A DNA stretch of 64,000 nucleotides from positions 8,362 to 72,361 of the forward strand of contig PBKN01000012.1 in assembly GCA_002721445.1 (NCBI GenBank). The letters are read 5' to 3'. Made by a program: the position numbers and the translations under genes. This DNA is from Chloroflexota bacterium (GTDB taxonomy: Bacteria; Chloroflexota; Dehalococcoidia; Lucifugimonadales; GCA-002723415). The notes beneath the pieces are model-generated. The model saw only the letters and a program-made list of their open reading frames with translations, did not search any database and had not been told where the DNA came from. This document shows, in pieces, positions 29,838-39,678 of this stretch (within the stretch, counting starts at the first letter, position 1; each line of letters opens with the position of its first letter).

Positions 29838-30626
29838 CTATAACGATTTAATACAATCAGATTCAAGAGACTTTAATGGAGAAAAATCTCTGTTATTTTG
29901 ATACCAGGGTCTTGTAGCTTCTGTACAAGCATTACTTACAGCATTATAGTTCATATAAATTATTGACCTACTCCATGGGGAAACATTATTTGCTGATCCA
30001 TGCAAAACATTACAATGAACAAATGCAACTGATCCAGATGGACCAATTAATGGATCTATACCATATTTATTTGCTAAATTTTCTAATATATCATTAGTTA
30101 TATGATGTAATTCATAGCCTTTTCCTTCAGCATCTTTATGTAATGACGAAGTCAATAATCCTTCCTTATGGGAACCTGGTAAAACAAGTAGAGGAGATGT
30201 AACTGGGGTACAATCGTCAATAAAAATACTTGCCATAATACATTTAGGTTTTAACATTCCGTCAATTTTATGAAATGGAGGAAAATCTTGGTGCCAATCC
30301 CAAGAAGCACCAGATCCAAAACCTTGCTTAGGGTTTAACCTACTCTGGTGTAAATATACATTTTCATTTAATAACTGTCTAACAGGGTCTAAAATTTTTG
30401 GATGTAACGATAATCTGCGAAAAATTTCCGAATATACATGAACACCAAAAGCTAACCTTGTAGCAGAAATATCATGCTTTTCTCTAATTATTTCTGGACC
30501 TTTTCGGTTATATATATCAGGTAGCGCAGATTTTAATTTATTAATTTCATCAACATCGAGTAAAGAAGGAAAAAATAAATATCCTTTTTTATTATATTCT
30601 TGAACTTGTAACCCAGTTAAATTCAT
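29838..30626 (-). CDS. PhyH-family Fe(II)/2-oxoglutarate dioxygenase (ectoine-hydroxylase-like motif region)
   Basis: 262 aa. WDWHQDFPPFHKIDGMLKP resembles the EctD/PhyH iron-binding HxD region. Distal His in VLHGSANN. Confidence 0.75.
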   Translation of the reverse strand: MNLTGLQVQEYNKKGYLFFPSLLDVDEINKLKSALPDIYNRKGPEIIREKHDISATRLAFGVHVYSEIFRRLSLHPKILDPVRQLLNENVYLHQSRLNPKQGFGSGASWDWHQDFPPFHKIDGMLKPKCIMASIFIDDCTPVTSPLLVLPGSHKEGLLTSSLHKDAEGKGYELHHITNDILENLANKYGIDPLIGPSGSVAFVHCNVLHGSANNVSPWSRSIIYMNYNAVSNACTEATRPWYQNNRDFSPLKSLESDCIKSL

Positions 30627-30672
30627 GGCTATTTATACCAACATAATTTTTGTTCAATGACTATCGAATGAA

Positions 30673-31767
30673 TTACTGTGTACATCCTCTGCCTGGAATA
30701 TCCCAGACTTCTTCAACTATTCCATTTCTAATACAAATATATTGATCCCATCTATTTACCAGCATATCTTGATAATGTGGTTCAAGTAATAATTTATCGC
30801 CAATAGCTAATGAGTCAGATTTATCTGTTGTAAACACAACATGATTTTCTCTAAACTTATCTACTTTAACATCAGGTCTTGAATATACCGTTGGGCCAAA
30901 TCCAGTCCAAGAATGAGCTAAAGTACCAACATCTCCAATAAATTTACAATCTGATGGATTACTTATTACTGTTGTAAGAATTTTATTTGCAAGTTTATAA
31001 CCCATATAATCATAAGTATGTCCCATTAATGCGTAACTACCACCTTCAACCTCAGTGACTCCAGGAATATCTGTTGCAACATCAATTGTAAAAGTCTCCC
31101 CACTTGAAACAATTTCTACTGGTATACCTTCTTGTTCTATAGCATTTTTAACATCTAAACAAATTTGTATAGTATCTCTTCCAACTTGCCATCTATCTTC
31201 CTGATCTATAAACTCCGGTAAAGATTGGTGACTCATAACTCCTTTAAATTTAACTCCTGGAAGATCTTGAGTTAATTTAGCAATTGCTACACCTTCTTCG
31301 TTACTCCTCACTCCGGCTCTACCCATTTGAGTGTCAACTTCTATTAATATACCTATTTCAACTGAATTTTTTGAAGCAATTGAAGAAATCATTTTGACAT
31401 TCTCGATATTATCTACACATACTTTTATATCAGCCTGCCTAGCTAACGCACACATACGAGAAATTTTATCAGAGTGTACAACTTGGTTAGGTATTAATAC
31501 ATCATTTATACCACCTTCAACCATAACTTCAGCTTCAGATAATTTTGCTGTACAAACACCACCAACAGTTCCACCTTTATTTATTTGCCTCAAAGCTAAT
31601 CTTGGGCTTTTGATATTTTTCGTATGTTGTCTCATTTTACAATCTGTATCTTTATAAAGATCAGAAACTGATTGCAAATTATAATCTAGTGCATCAAGAT
31701 CAACAATTAAAGAAGGTGTATCTAAATCTTCTAACAAAGTTCCAGGTAATGGCCTATAATTATCCAT
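30673..31767 (-). CDS. DSD1 / D-threonine-aldolase-like PLP enzyme (alanine racemase N-terminal fold)
   Basis: 364 aa. LDTPSLIVDLDALDYNL N-terminus. RQHTKNIKSP matches the family RPHxKxHK PLP-lysine segment. Confidence 0.7.
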   Translation of the reverse strand: MDNYRPLPGTLLEDLDTPSLIVDLDALDYNLQSVSDLYKDTDCKMRQHTKNIKSPRLALRQINKGGTVGGVCTAKLSEAEVMVEGGINDVLIPNQVVHSDKISRMCALARQADIKVCVDNIENVKMISSIASKNSVEIGILIEVDTQMGRAGVRSNEEGVAIAKLTQDLPGVKFKGVMSHQSLPEFIDQEDRWQVGRDTIQICLDVKNAIEQEGIPVEIVSSGETFTIDVATDIPGVTEVEGGSYALMGHTYDYMGYKLANKILTTVISNPSDCKFIGDVGTLAHSWTGFGPTVYSRPDVKVDKFRENHVVFTTDKSDSLAIGDKLLLEPHYQDMLVNRWDQYICIRNGIVEEVWDIPGRGCTQ

Positions 31768-31788
31768 ATATACTCTCCTCTAAATTAT

Positions 31789-32925
31789 TTAACGATAATG
31801 CCCTCGAGCTGGCAAATCCCAAATAGATTCTAAGCATCCGTTTCTGATACCAAAAATATAATCATGTAAATTAACACATGAAGTAATATCATAAGGAATA
31901 CACCAAATCCTATCTCCTAAATTTAAATTTTTGTTTCCCCAGTCAAATGCTATATTTCCATGCTCAGCACTAAGCCCTTTAACAATTAATCCAGGTAAAG
32001 TTGCTTCAGGAGAACCTAGGTCAGCTCCAATAGCCTTTCTGCCTCCATCTGTGATTATTGTTTTTGGTGCGGGTAAACTTGTTATACAGGTCATAACGCT
32101 TGCAGCGTTTTTAAATTCTGTTCTTAAAACTTTATATTTAGCATCCATCAATGCGTAAGATCCAGCAATAATATCAGTTACTCCTGAAATAGATGCTACA
32201 TCTTGATAATCATAAGTACATCCATACACTACAGAATTAACTTCTATGCCTTTAGTTTCAATTTGTTCACGAAAATTTAAAATTGTTTGAACAAATTGAA
32301 TAGAATCATTATTTATTTTATTAAATTCTAATTTATTATATATATTATTTTCTGGTAAACTTTCTGACACATAATTATTTATGAATTTACCAAACAAACC
32401 TGTAAAATTTATTGCAGGCAATTTCTGGATATCTTGACACATCTTCTCAGCATTATCTCCTGGTTCTACTCCTAAGCTATCAGTTGAAGAACTAATAACA
32501 AGAAGTAAATTAAGTTCTACCCCAGCAGAGGTAGCAGCAGCTGACAAATCAGCTATATTTGATGTATTATCTACTAATAAAGTAATATTTGAATTTTTAG
32601 CTAAAGCACAAAGGCGATTAATTTTACGTTTATTATAAATAATATTTGCAATCAAAACATCATTTAGTCCATGTTCAATAAAAACCTCAGCTTGTCCTAA
32701 GGTAGATACAGTAATACCTGAAGTAGAAGAATATTTAATTTGTTTATGAGCTATTGCAGGAGATCCATGAGCGCCAATATAAGGCTTTATATTTAACCCT
32801 TTAGATTCCACAAATCTGTTCATATAAGCTAAGTTATAATCAAGAGAATCTAAATCTACCATTAGTCCAGGTGTATCAAGTTCAATTTCTTTTGTACCTA
32901 TATCTTTAAATATTGGTCTTTCCAT
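31789..32925 (-). CDS. DSD1-like paralog lacking the expected PLP lysines
   Basis: 378 aa. Collinear with the downstream paralog (LDTPGLMVDLDSLDYNL, GQAEVFIEHGLNDVLIAN), but the lysine segment reads KPYIGAHGSP. Confidence 0.65.
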   Translation of the reverse strand: MERPIFKDIGTKEIELDTPGLMVDLDSLDYNLAYMNRFVESKGLNIKPYIGAHGSPAIAHKQIKYSSTSGITVSTLGQAEVFIEHGLNDVLIANIIYNKRKINRLCALAKNSNITLLVDNTSNIADLSAAATSAGVELNLLLVISSSTDSLGVEPGDNAEKMCQDIQKLPAINFTGLFGKFINNYVSESLPENNIYNKLEFNKINNDSIQFVQTILNFREQIETKGIEVNSVVYGCTYDYQDVASISGVTDIIAGSYALMDAKYKVLRTEFKNAASVMTCITSLPAPKTIITDGGRKAIGADLGSPEATLPGLIVKGLSAEHGNIAFDWGNKNLNLGDRIWCIPYDITSCVNLHDYIFGIRNGCLESIWDLPARGHYR

Positions 32926-33071
32926 TTAAAATTTTCCTTATTTAATTTAAAGAAACAACAAATAGGAGATTAACATAAATAACTCGATAAATAAATCCCT
33001 CTTGACGAAAAATAATTAATATTTAAAAATAATCCTATAATTAATTATTTTATGGATGTTTTTTCTGCACA

Positions 33072-33611
33072 ATGCTAGATTTTGAATTAATTAAAAATGA
33101 GAATATAGTAAAAAAAATAGATGTATCAAATAAAAATGAATTTTCTGATACATTACTACTAACAAATAAACGTTTAATTAAAATAAAAAAAGAAAAATAT
33201 AAAACTCAATTAAATATTATACCTATTGAAGACGTCCAAGAAGTCGAATGCAATTCGATTTTACCTAATTCTAAATCAATGATTTGGAGTATAACAGCAT
33301 TTTTAACAGGATTATTACTATATTTAGCTTTTAAAGAAACAATGTTAGGTATCCTATTTTTTCTTTTTTTAATATCACTTGGAATTTACTTAATAGTAGA
33401 TCATTTAAGTTCAAAAAAATATCAAAAATTAATATTTAAGACAATATCTAACAATATAACCATTGAATATACAATTGATAAAGACCGCTTAGAATTCAAT
33501 GCTAAAAATTATATACAATTATTTTTTAAACTCCGCTGGCAGTTACTACATGAAAATTCATTAAAAATAAATAAACCTAACCGTAAACAAATTTTTTCAA
33601 GATATCAATGA
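33072..33611 (+). CDS. Hypothetical membrane protein
   Basis: 179-aa ORF with two central hydrophobic helices (WSITAFLTGLLLYLAF, GILFFLFLISLGIYLIV). No recognised motif. Confidence 0.5.
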   Translation: MLDFELIKNENIVKKIDVSNKNEFSDTLLLTNKRLIKIKKEKYKTQLNIIPIEDVQEVECNSILPNSKSMIWSITAFLTGLLLYLAFKETMLGILFFLFLISLGIYLIVDHLSSKKYQKLIFKTISNNITIEYTIDKDRLEFNAKNYIQLFFKLRWQLLHENSLKINKPNRKQIFSRYQ

Positions 33612-33662
33612 AATAATAAAACTATCCTTATGGCCATACTTAAAGATACTAATCATATTTTA

Positions 33663-34691
33663 CTAATTAGAATCAATTCTCAAGCTTGGATATACGTCTA
33701 AATCCCATTGGTAAGTTAAATTATTTTTCAATCTAAAATATGCAGCTGATGCAATCATAGCTCCATTATCAGTACATAAAGATGGTCTAGGAATAAGTAA
33801 TTCAATTGGAGATTCTTTTTTAAATACATTTCTTAATAATTGATTAGATGCGACACCTCCACCTATAATCAATCCCTTAGCTTTAAATCTTTTAACTGCA
33901 TTAATTGTATTTTTCACTATAGTATCAACAATAGCTTCTTGAAATGACTTAGCAATATCCGCAATTTTTTGATCTACATCATTATCATCTTTCTTTGGAT
34001 AAACCCCCATTGATTCAGCGCGTCTTACGACTGAAGTTTTCAAACCACTAAAACTAAAATCCATGGAATTTTTAACCTTTGGACGGGGAAATGCAGGATC
34101 CAATAAATTACCTGACTCAGAAATCTTTTGAATCTCTGGACCTCCAGGGAAACCTAATCCTAAAACTCTAGCCACTTTATCGAAAACTTCTCCAGCAGCA
34201 TCATCTCTAGACCTAGCAATAATCTGAAAATCTCCATGACCTTTCATTAAAATCAAATCTGTATGTCCTCCTGAAACAACTAAAGAAATAATAGGGAAAC
34301 CTGGCTTTTCTTTTAGCTCGATATCTTCTAAGCATGTTGCATATATATGACCTTCAATATGATTTATTCCAATAAAAGGTAATCCTGAAGCAATTGCCAT
34401 AGATTTTGCAGTATTTACTCCAATCAATAATGACCCAGCTAAACCAGGACCATATGTAACAGATACAGCATCTATGTCATTTAAATTCATTCTTGCTTCA
34501 TTTAATGCTTTATTTATCCCAGGAATAATCTTTACAATATGCTCTCTTGAAGCTACTTCAGGTATAATCCCTCCAAATTCTGAATGCATATCAGCTTGAG
34601 AAAATACAATATTTGAAATTATATTTCTACCATCTTCAACAATCCCAACTGCGGTATCATCGCATGAAGTTTCTATACCTAATATTTTCAT
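33663..34691 (-). CDS. tsaD: tRNA N6-adenosine threonylcarbamoyltransferase
   Basis: 342 aa. MKILGIETSCDDTA N-terminus, HIEGH metal motif, VSGGHT. Confidence 0.93.
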   Translation of the reverse strand: MKILGIETSCDDTAVGIVEDGRNIISNIVFSQADMHSEFGGIIPEVASREHIVKIIPGINKALNEARMNLNDIDAVSVTYGPGLAGSLLIGVNTAKSMAIASGLPFIGINHIEGHIYATCLEDIELKEKPGFPIISLVVSGGHTDLILMKGHGDFQIIARSRDDAAGEVFDKVARVLGLGFPGGPEIQKISESGNLLDPAFPRPKVKNSMDFSFSGLKTSVVRRAESMGVYPKKDDNDVDQKIADIAKSFQEAIVDTIVKNTINAVKRFKAKGLIIGGGVASNQLLRNVFKKESPIELLIPRPSLCTDNGAMIASAAYFRLKNNLTYQWDLDVYPSLRIDSN

Positions 34692-35821
34692 AATTGATTA
34701 CCTTTATAATATTTATCAGAAAAAACTTCATGTGGTAAAAAAGATTTTCGACTAGACCCATATTTATAATCTATACCTCTGGTTGTAACAACACTTATAG
34801 AGGTATAAAAATCGCTCTCCCCACTAACTCCACTACCATTTCCTCCACCATGCCCTCTTAACCATTGAGGATCAATTAATTGAATCCCTTTCCAATTTCC
34901 ATTTGTAGCTAACAAGTGCCCAAATCTAGCTAAATCAGAAGCACTTATTACGATCCAACCTGGTCCACTCCTCACAGGTATACTATTTATAGTATATGGT
35001 GGGTCTAAATATGTATATGAATCTGGAATATTAGGATAAAAATATTTTTGAGATTTTACATATTCACCAGTATACCAATCCCAATTATTAGATTTGATTC
35101 CAATTTTTGAAAATAGCCGTTCATCAACGACATCTTTTAGGTCTCTATTCCAAAGAGAAGTCAATGCTTGCCCTAGCCTCCAAAAACCTGCACTACTATA
35201 TACTCCTTCAGTACCTGGTTCTATATGAGCATACAAATCATATGAAGGGTCGCCAGTCCATGTGCTCCAATTTGGTATTCCATATATACTTTTATCGTCT
35301 TCTAATCCAGTTCGTTTTTCTTTCCACCTTATTCCCATTTCCATTGGAAATCCTCCAAAATGTAAATCACCATATTTATATCCAATAATATGCCTCCAGC
35401 TTAAGTTTTTATGATAACCTTGGTCTAAATATTTGTGAGAATGTGATAGCTCACCTTCACCAGTCCAGGTTTTATATATGAGATCATCAGGATCTATAAG
35501 TCCATCCTCTATTGCACAGCCTATTAAAACCCAACATAAAGCTTTTCCTACAGATGCTGTGTGGAATCTGTAATTTCTATCACCCCATTCATGTATTATA
35601 TAGCCACCTCTAGTAATGACAGTACCAAATTTATTATCACAATGATCTTCTCCTCCAAAATTTGCACCTTTAACATTAAGGGTACTGATCCAAGTATTAA
35701 ATATACTAGGATTGATGCCTAATTTATCTAAATTTTTTAAATCCCAATCTTCATCAGGAAATGTAACCCAATCAGGTATTTTCTTGAGTTTCACAGATAA
35801 TCCTTTAATAAAAAGTACCAC
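34688..35821 (-). CDS. Beta-lactamase-fold serine hydrolase family protein (tentative)
   Basis: 377 aa. Candidate SxxK motif in HTASVGKAL. GTG start. ATGA overlap with tsaD. Confidence 0.5.
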   Translation of the reverse strand: MVLFIKGLSVKLKKIPDWVTFPDEDWDLKNLDKLGINPSIFNTWISTLNVKGANFGGEDHCDNKFGTVITRGGYIIHEWGDRNYRFHTASVGKALCWVLIGCAIEDGLIDPDDLIYKTWTGEGELSHSHKYLDQGYHKNLSWRHIIGYKYGDLHFGGFPMEMGIRWKEKRTGLEDDKSIYGIPNWSTWTGDPSYDLYAHIEPGTEGVYSSAGFWRLGQALTSLWNRDLKDVVDERLFSKIGIKSNNWDWYTGEYVKSQKYFYPNIPDSYTYLDPPYTINSIPVRSGPGWIVISASDLARFGHLLATNGNWKGIQLIDPQWLRGHGGGNGSGVSGESDFYTSISVVTTRGIDYKYGSSRKSFLPHEVFSDKYYKGNQL

Positions 35822-35830
35822 TCAATATAA

Positions 35831-36529
35831 TTAATAATTCAGAACAGCTTTGATATTCATAATATTGTCTTTAATCGGAAAATCATTTCCCAAAATTGCA
35901 GATCCAGCAACTAATAAATTGGCACCAGACTGTGAGACCATGGGGGCAGTTTCTAAATTGATTCCTCCATCTACACCTATATCAATATCAAGATCTAATT
36001 CATCTATTTCTAATCTAAGTTTGTTTATTTTTTCCAGACTAGACGGTATAAATTTCTGCCCTCCAAAGCCCGGGTTAACTGACATAATTAATATTTCATC
36101 TACATCCGAAAGAATGGGTTTGATTAAATCTATTGAAGTTGCAGGATTTATAGCTATGCCAACTTCAATCCCCAATTCTTTAATTTGAAATATTGATTTA
36201 CGAATATCAATACAAGCTTCCAAATGAATAATAATTCTATCAGATCCAGCATTTACAAAATCAGGTATAAGTTTATCTGGACTATTCACCATCATATGAA
36301 CATGAAATGGTAAGTTTGTAAAAGGTCGAATAGATTCTACTACTACAGAACCAATAGTAATATTTGGAACAAAATGACCATCCATTACATCAATATGTAT
36401 ATTGTCTATGTCATATTTATTCAATTCAGTAATTTGATGTCCTAAAGAACTAAAATCAGCAGATAAAATTGATGGGGCTAATTTAATATCTTTAGACATA
36501 TCCTTCATCCTCAAGTAGGTTTTTTGCAT
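35831..36529 (-). CDS. rpe: Ribulose-phosphate 3-epimerase
   Basis: APSILSADF, HIDVMDGHFVPN, VNPGFGGQKF motifs. The true start is probably ATG at 36499 or 36508, which reduces the overlap with argH. Confidence 0.92.
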   Translation of the reverse strand: MQKTYLRMKDMSKDIKLAPSILSADFSSLGHQITELNKYDIDNIHIDVMDGHFVPNITIGSVVVESIRPFTNLPFHVHMMVNSPDKLIPDFVNAGSDRIIIHLEACIDIRKSIFQIKELGIEVGIAINPATSIDLIKPILSDVDEILIMSVNPGFGGQKFIPSSLEKINKLRLEIDELDLDIDIGVDGGINLETAPMVSQSGANLLVAGSAILGNDFPIKDNIMNIKAVLNY

Positions 36530-37832
36530 TCAAAATTGATTCTTCAACTTGATTGTATGAAGTACCTCCTGGAATATCTCTGGATGAAATAGATTTTTCT
36601 AAATTAATTTCTAAAACATCACTATCAAATAAATCACTCAACTCTTTATAACTTGATAATGGAAGTTCACTAAATTTTTTACCTTTACTACTTGCTATAG
36701 AACTTAATTTAGAAACTATAGAATGAGCCTCTCTAAATGGCATCCCTTTATTAACTAAATAATCAGCAATATCAGTAGCTAAAATATTGCCTTGATCTGT
36801 GGCTAAAATCATATTTTTTGAATTAATTTTTATATTAACAATTAAGTCAGCCAACACATATAAAGTAGACAAAAGAGTATCTGAAGTATCAAAAAAAGGT
36901 ATTTTATCTTCTTGCATATCACGATTATATGTTAAAGGAAGAGATTTCATTATAGTTAATAAAGAAATTAGCCCTCCATAAACACGCCCAGTCTTACCTC
37001 TTGCTAATTCTAAAAAGTCTGGATTACGTTTCTGAGGCATTATACTACTACCAGTAATATAATCTTCACTTATTTCTATAAATTTAAATTCTTCAGAATT
37101 CCATATAATCAATTCTTCAGACAATCTAGAAATGTGCATCATGCATATAGAAGCAGCTGACTGAAAATCTAGTAGAAAGTCTCTATCAGACACTGCATCC
37201 ATACTATTTACTGTTAAAGAACTAAACCCTAACTCTTCTGCAACTGATTGCCTGTCAATGGGATAAGGGACTCCAGCTAAAGCACCACTACCAAGAGGTA
37301 AAACGTCTACTCTCTTATATGTCTCAAGAAATCTTTGATAATCCCTGTTAAACATTTGGAAATATGCCATCATGTGATGTGAAAAAAGTACCGGCTGAGC
37401 TCTTTGTAAATGAGTGTATCCAGGCAAAATAATTCTAGAATTTAATTCTGAAATTTTTATAAAAGAGTTTCTTAATAATTTTAAAGCTGAAAATACATCT
37501 TTAATAACATCTTTAACATACATACGTAAATCTAAAGCAATTTGATCATTTCTTGACCTTGCTGTATGCAACTTACCGGCTACATCTCCAATCTTTATAA
37601 AAAGCCTATTCTCTATATTCATATGAATATCTTCAAGTTCGTCTTTCCATGGGAAATCCCCTGATTCAATTTCAATTTTAATTTCCATTAAACCATTAAC
37701 AATTTGAGAAGCTTCTTTTTCTTTTATTATAGATTGCTTAGATAACATATTTACATGAGCTATTGAACCTTGTATGTCTTGTTTATATAAACGCTTATCA
37801 AATTTTATAGAAGATGTATAATCAGATTTCAT
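36492..37832 (-). CDS. argH: Argininosuccinate lyase (short N-terminus)
   Basis: 446 aa. Fumarate-lyase signature GSSIMPQKRNPD; ARSRNDQ. Begins MKSDYTSSIKFDKRL, with no upstream WGGRF segment. Confidence 0.92.
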   Translation of the reverse strand: MKSDYTSSIKFDKRLYKQDIQGSIAHVNMLSKQSIIKEKEASQIVNGLMEIKIEIESGDFPWKDELEDIHMNIENRLFIKIGDVAGKLHTARSRNDQIALDLRMYVKDVIKDVFSALKLLRNSFIKISELNSRIILPGYTHLQRAQPVLFSHHMMAYFQMFNRDYQRFLETYKRVDVLPLGSGALAGVPYPIDRQSVAEELGFSSLTVNSMDAVSDRDFLLDFQSAASICMMHISRLSEELIIWNSEEFKFIEISEDYITGSSIMPQKRNPDFLELARGKTGRVYGGLISLLTIMKSLPLTYNRDMQEDKIPFFDTSDTLLSTLYVLADLIVNIKINSKNMILATDQGNILATDIADYLVNKGMPFREAHSIVSKLSSIASSKGKKFSELPLSSYKELSDLFDSDVLEINLEKSISSRDIPGGTSYNQVEESILNAKNLLEDEGYV

Positions 37833-37889
37833 TTCAACTCTTTTTTTTAATAAAAATATATATATAAATTATATAATAAATTTTCCAAC

Positions 37890-38363
37890 CTATTCTACAT
37901 GTTTTTTGGGAACAAGAAACCTTCTTCGTAGTGATATAACTTTATCTTTGTTTTGATTTTCACCTATAGTTTCTAAATAAACTATTCCTCTATCAGTTTT
38001 AGTCTTACTCAAAACAACGTCTAAAATAGTACTTATAGCGTAAAGTGTATCCCCTTGAAATACGGGCTTGTAATGTACTATATTCTCATATTCTAGGTTT
38101 GCAATAGCTTTACCTGAGATATCTTTAACACTCATTCCCACTATTAAGCTGAAAACTAATGTACCAACAACAAGAATTTTTTTATGTTGATGCTTAGTCA
38201 TATAATGTTCATCAATATGTAATGGATTATGATTCATTGTTAACAATGAAAATAGATGGTTATCCATTTCAGTAATAGTTTTGCCAGGCCAATGTTTGAA
38301 AACATCCCCAGTTACAAAATCTTCAAAATACCCGCCAAAATCATTCTTTGATTCATGAATCAT
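37890..38363 (-). CDS. MaoC-like (R)-specific enoyl-CoA hydratase, hotdog fold
   Basis: 157 aa. NHNPLHIDEHY matches the MaoC dehydratase motif. Confidence 0.75.
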   Translation of the reverse strand: MIHESKNDFGGYFEDFVTGDVFKHWPGKTITEMDNHLFSLLTMNHNPLHIDEHYMTKHQHKKILVVGTLVFSLIVGMSVKDISGKAIANLEYENIVHYKPVFQGDTLYAISTILDVVLSKTKTDRGIVYLETIGENQNKDKVISLRRRFLVPKKHVE

Positions 38364-38394
38364 TATTTACTCTCTGAATATAATAAATTGAAAA

Positions 38395-39675
38395 TTACTT
38401 ATCAATAAATGGTCTTTGCTTTAGCCCAAAATTCTTAGCTGAAATTCCTAAAATCTTCACAAAACCTTCTGCGTCAAAATGATCATAATTGCCAATTCCT
38501 TCCATTGAAGAATCATCCGTATATAAAGAATATGGAATAGAATTTTCTGTTTTTTCAATATATTCAAAATAAATATTGCCTTTATATATACGAATATATA
38601 TAGTCCCAGTAGAAAAATAATTAATTTTATTTAACATATCTAAAGCTGCAGAAGTAGTAAGATCAAGCCAGTAACCCTGATATACTTGAGTACTAATTGT
38701 ATTCGATAAAAATTCAAATAACTCTCTAGCTCTTCTATCTAATATAAATTGAAGTAAATACTCATATGATTTCCCTAAAATTTCCATTCCTGGTGATTCA
38801 TAAATACCTCTAGATTTAATTCCTACAAATCTATTTTCTACAACATGTGTTCCAATACCTACTCCATGCTTACTTCCAATTGTATTTGAAACATCAAATA
38901 TAGACACTAAGTCCAACTTTTCTCCATTTATTGATACAGGAACTCCCTTGTCCCACTCAATAGAAATAATTTCATACTTATCTTCAGCTTCCCATGGCCA
39001 TACACCCATTCCCGGCTTCACAAAGAAAGGAGATATAGTTACATCTTCTAGATCTCCTGCTTCATGCGTTAGGCCTAAAAAATTAGCATCAGTTGAATAT
39101 TTTGATTCTGACTTTGATTTAATTGGAAGAGAATTAGAGATACAATAATCAAGCATTTCATTACGTCCCGGAAATTCTTCTAAAAATTCCGGGTCTCTCC
39201 AAGGAGCATAAACTTCAACATTTGGATACAACATGTTTGAAGCTAATTGAAACCTAACTTGATCATTTCCTCTACCTGTAGCACCATGAAATAATGTTTC
39301 AATATTCTTATTATACATAGAAGATAAAATCAATTTAGTAGTTATAGGCCTTGCTATACCTGTAGTATTCCAATATCCTCCTTCATATTTAGCTTGAGAT
39401 TGTATCATTTTCAATCCAGCTTCAGCGAGTTCTTTTCTACCAGATATTATCTGTGCTGACTTTGCTCCACAATCTAGCATACGAGATTTTACAGTATCTA
39501 AATTTTCTTCATCTGGCTGACCTAGATCAACAGTATATGTGTGAATCTCAAACCCTTTTTGAGATAACCAATGAGTAACAGTACAACTATCTAATCCTCC
39601 AGAAACAGCACCAGCAATTTTTAAAGACTTAGATTTTAATTCTTTCCAATTCAAATCAACCTCTCTAGTTATCAC
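38395..39675 (-). CDS. argG: Argininosuccinate synthase
   Basis: 426 aa. AVSGGLDS PP-loop and GATGRGNDQVRF motif. GTG start. Confidence 0.93.
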   Translation of the reverse strand: MITREVDLNWKELKSKSLKIAGAVSGGLDSCTVTHWLSQKGFEIHTYTVDLGQPDEENLDTVKSRMLDCGAKSAQIISGRKELAEAGLKMIQSQAKYEGGYWNTTGIARPITTKLILSSMYNKNIETLFHGATGRGNDQVRFQLASNMLYPNVEVYAPWRDPEFLEEFPGRNEMLDYCISNSLPIKSKSESKYSTDANFLGLTHEAGDLEDVTISPFFVKPGMGVWPWEAEDKYEIISIEWDKGVPVSINGEKLDLVSIFDVSNTIGSKHGVGIGTHVVENRFVGIKSRGIYESPGMEILGKSYEYLLQFILDRRARELFEFLSNTISTQVYQGYWLDLTTSAALDMLNKINYFSTGTIYIRIYKGNIYFEYIEKTENSIPYSLYTDDSSMEGIGNYDHFDAEGFVKILGISAKNFGLKQRPFIDK

Positions 39676-39678
39676 ATA

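Noticed and set aside
33620-33645. TATGGCCATA 10-bp palindrome between the convergent hypothetical gene and tsaD, as a possible terminator
   Set aside because: It has no loop and no flanking T-tract. It cannot form a stable terminator hairpin.
35107-36981. Plus-strand ORFs 35107..35388, 35850..36188 and 36799..36981
   Set aside because: They are antisense to the serine hydrolase, rpe and argH respectively, with no motifs.
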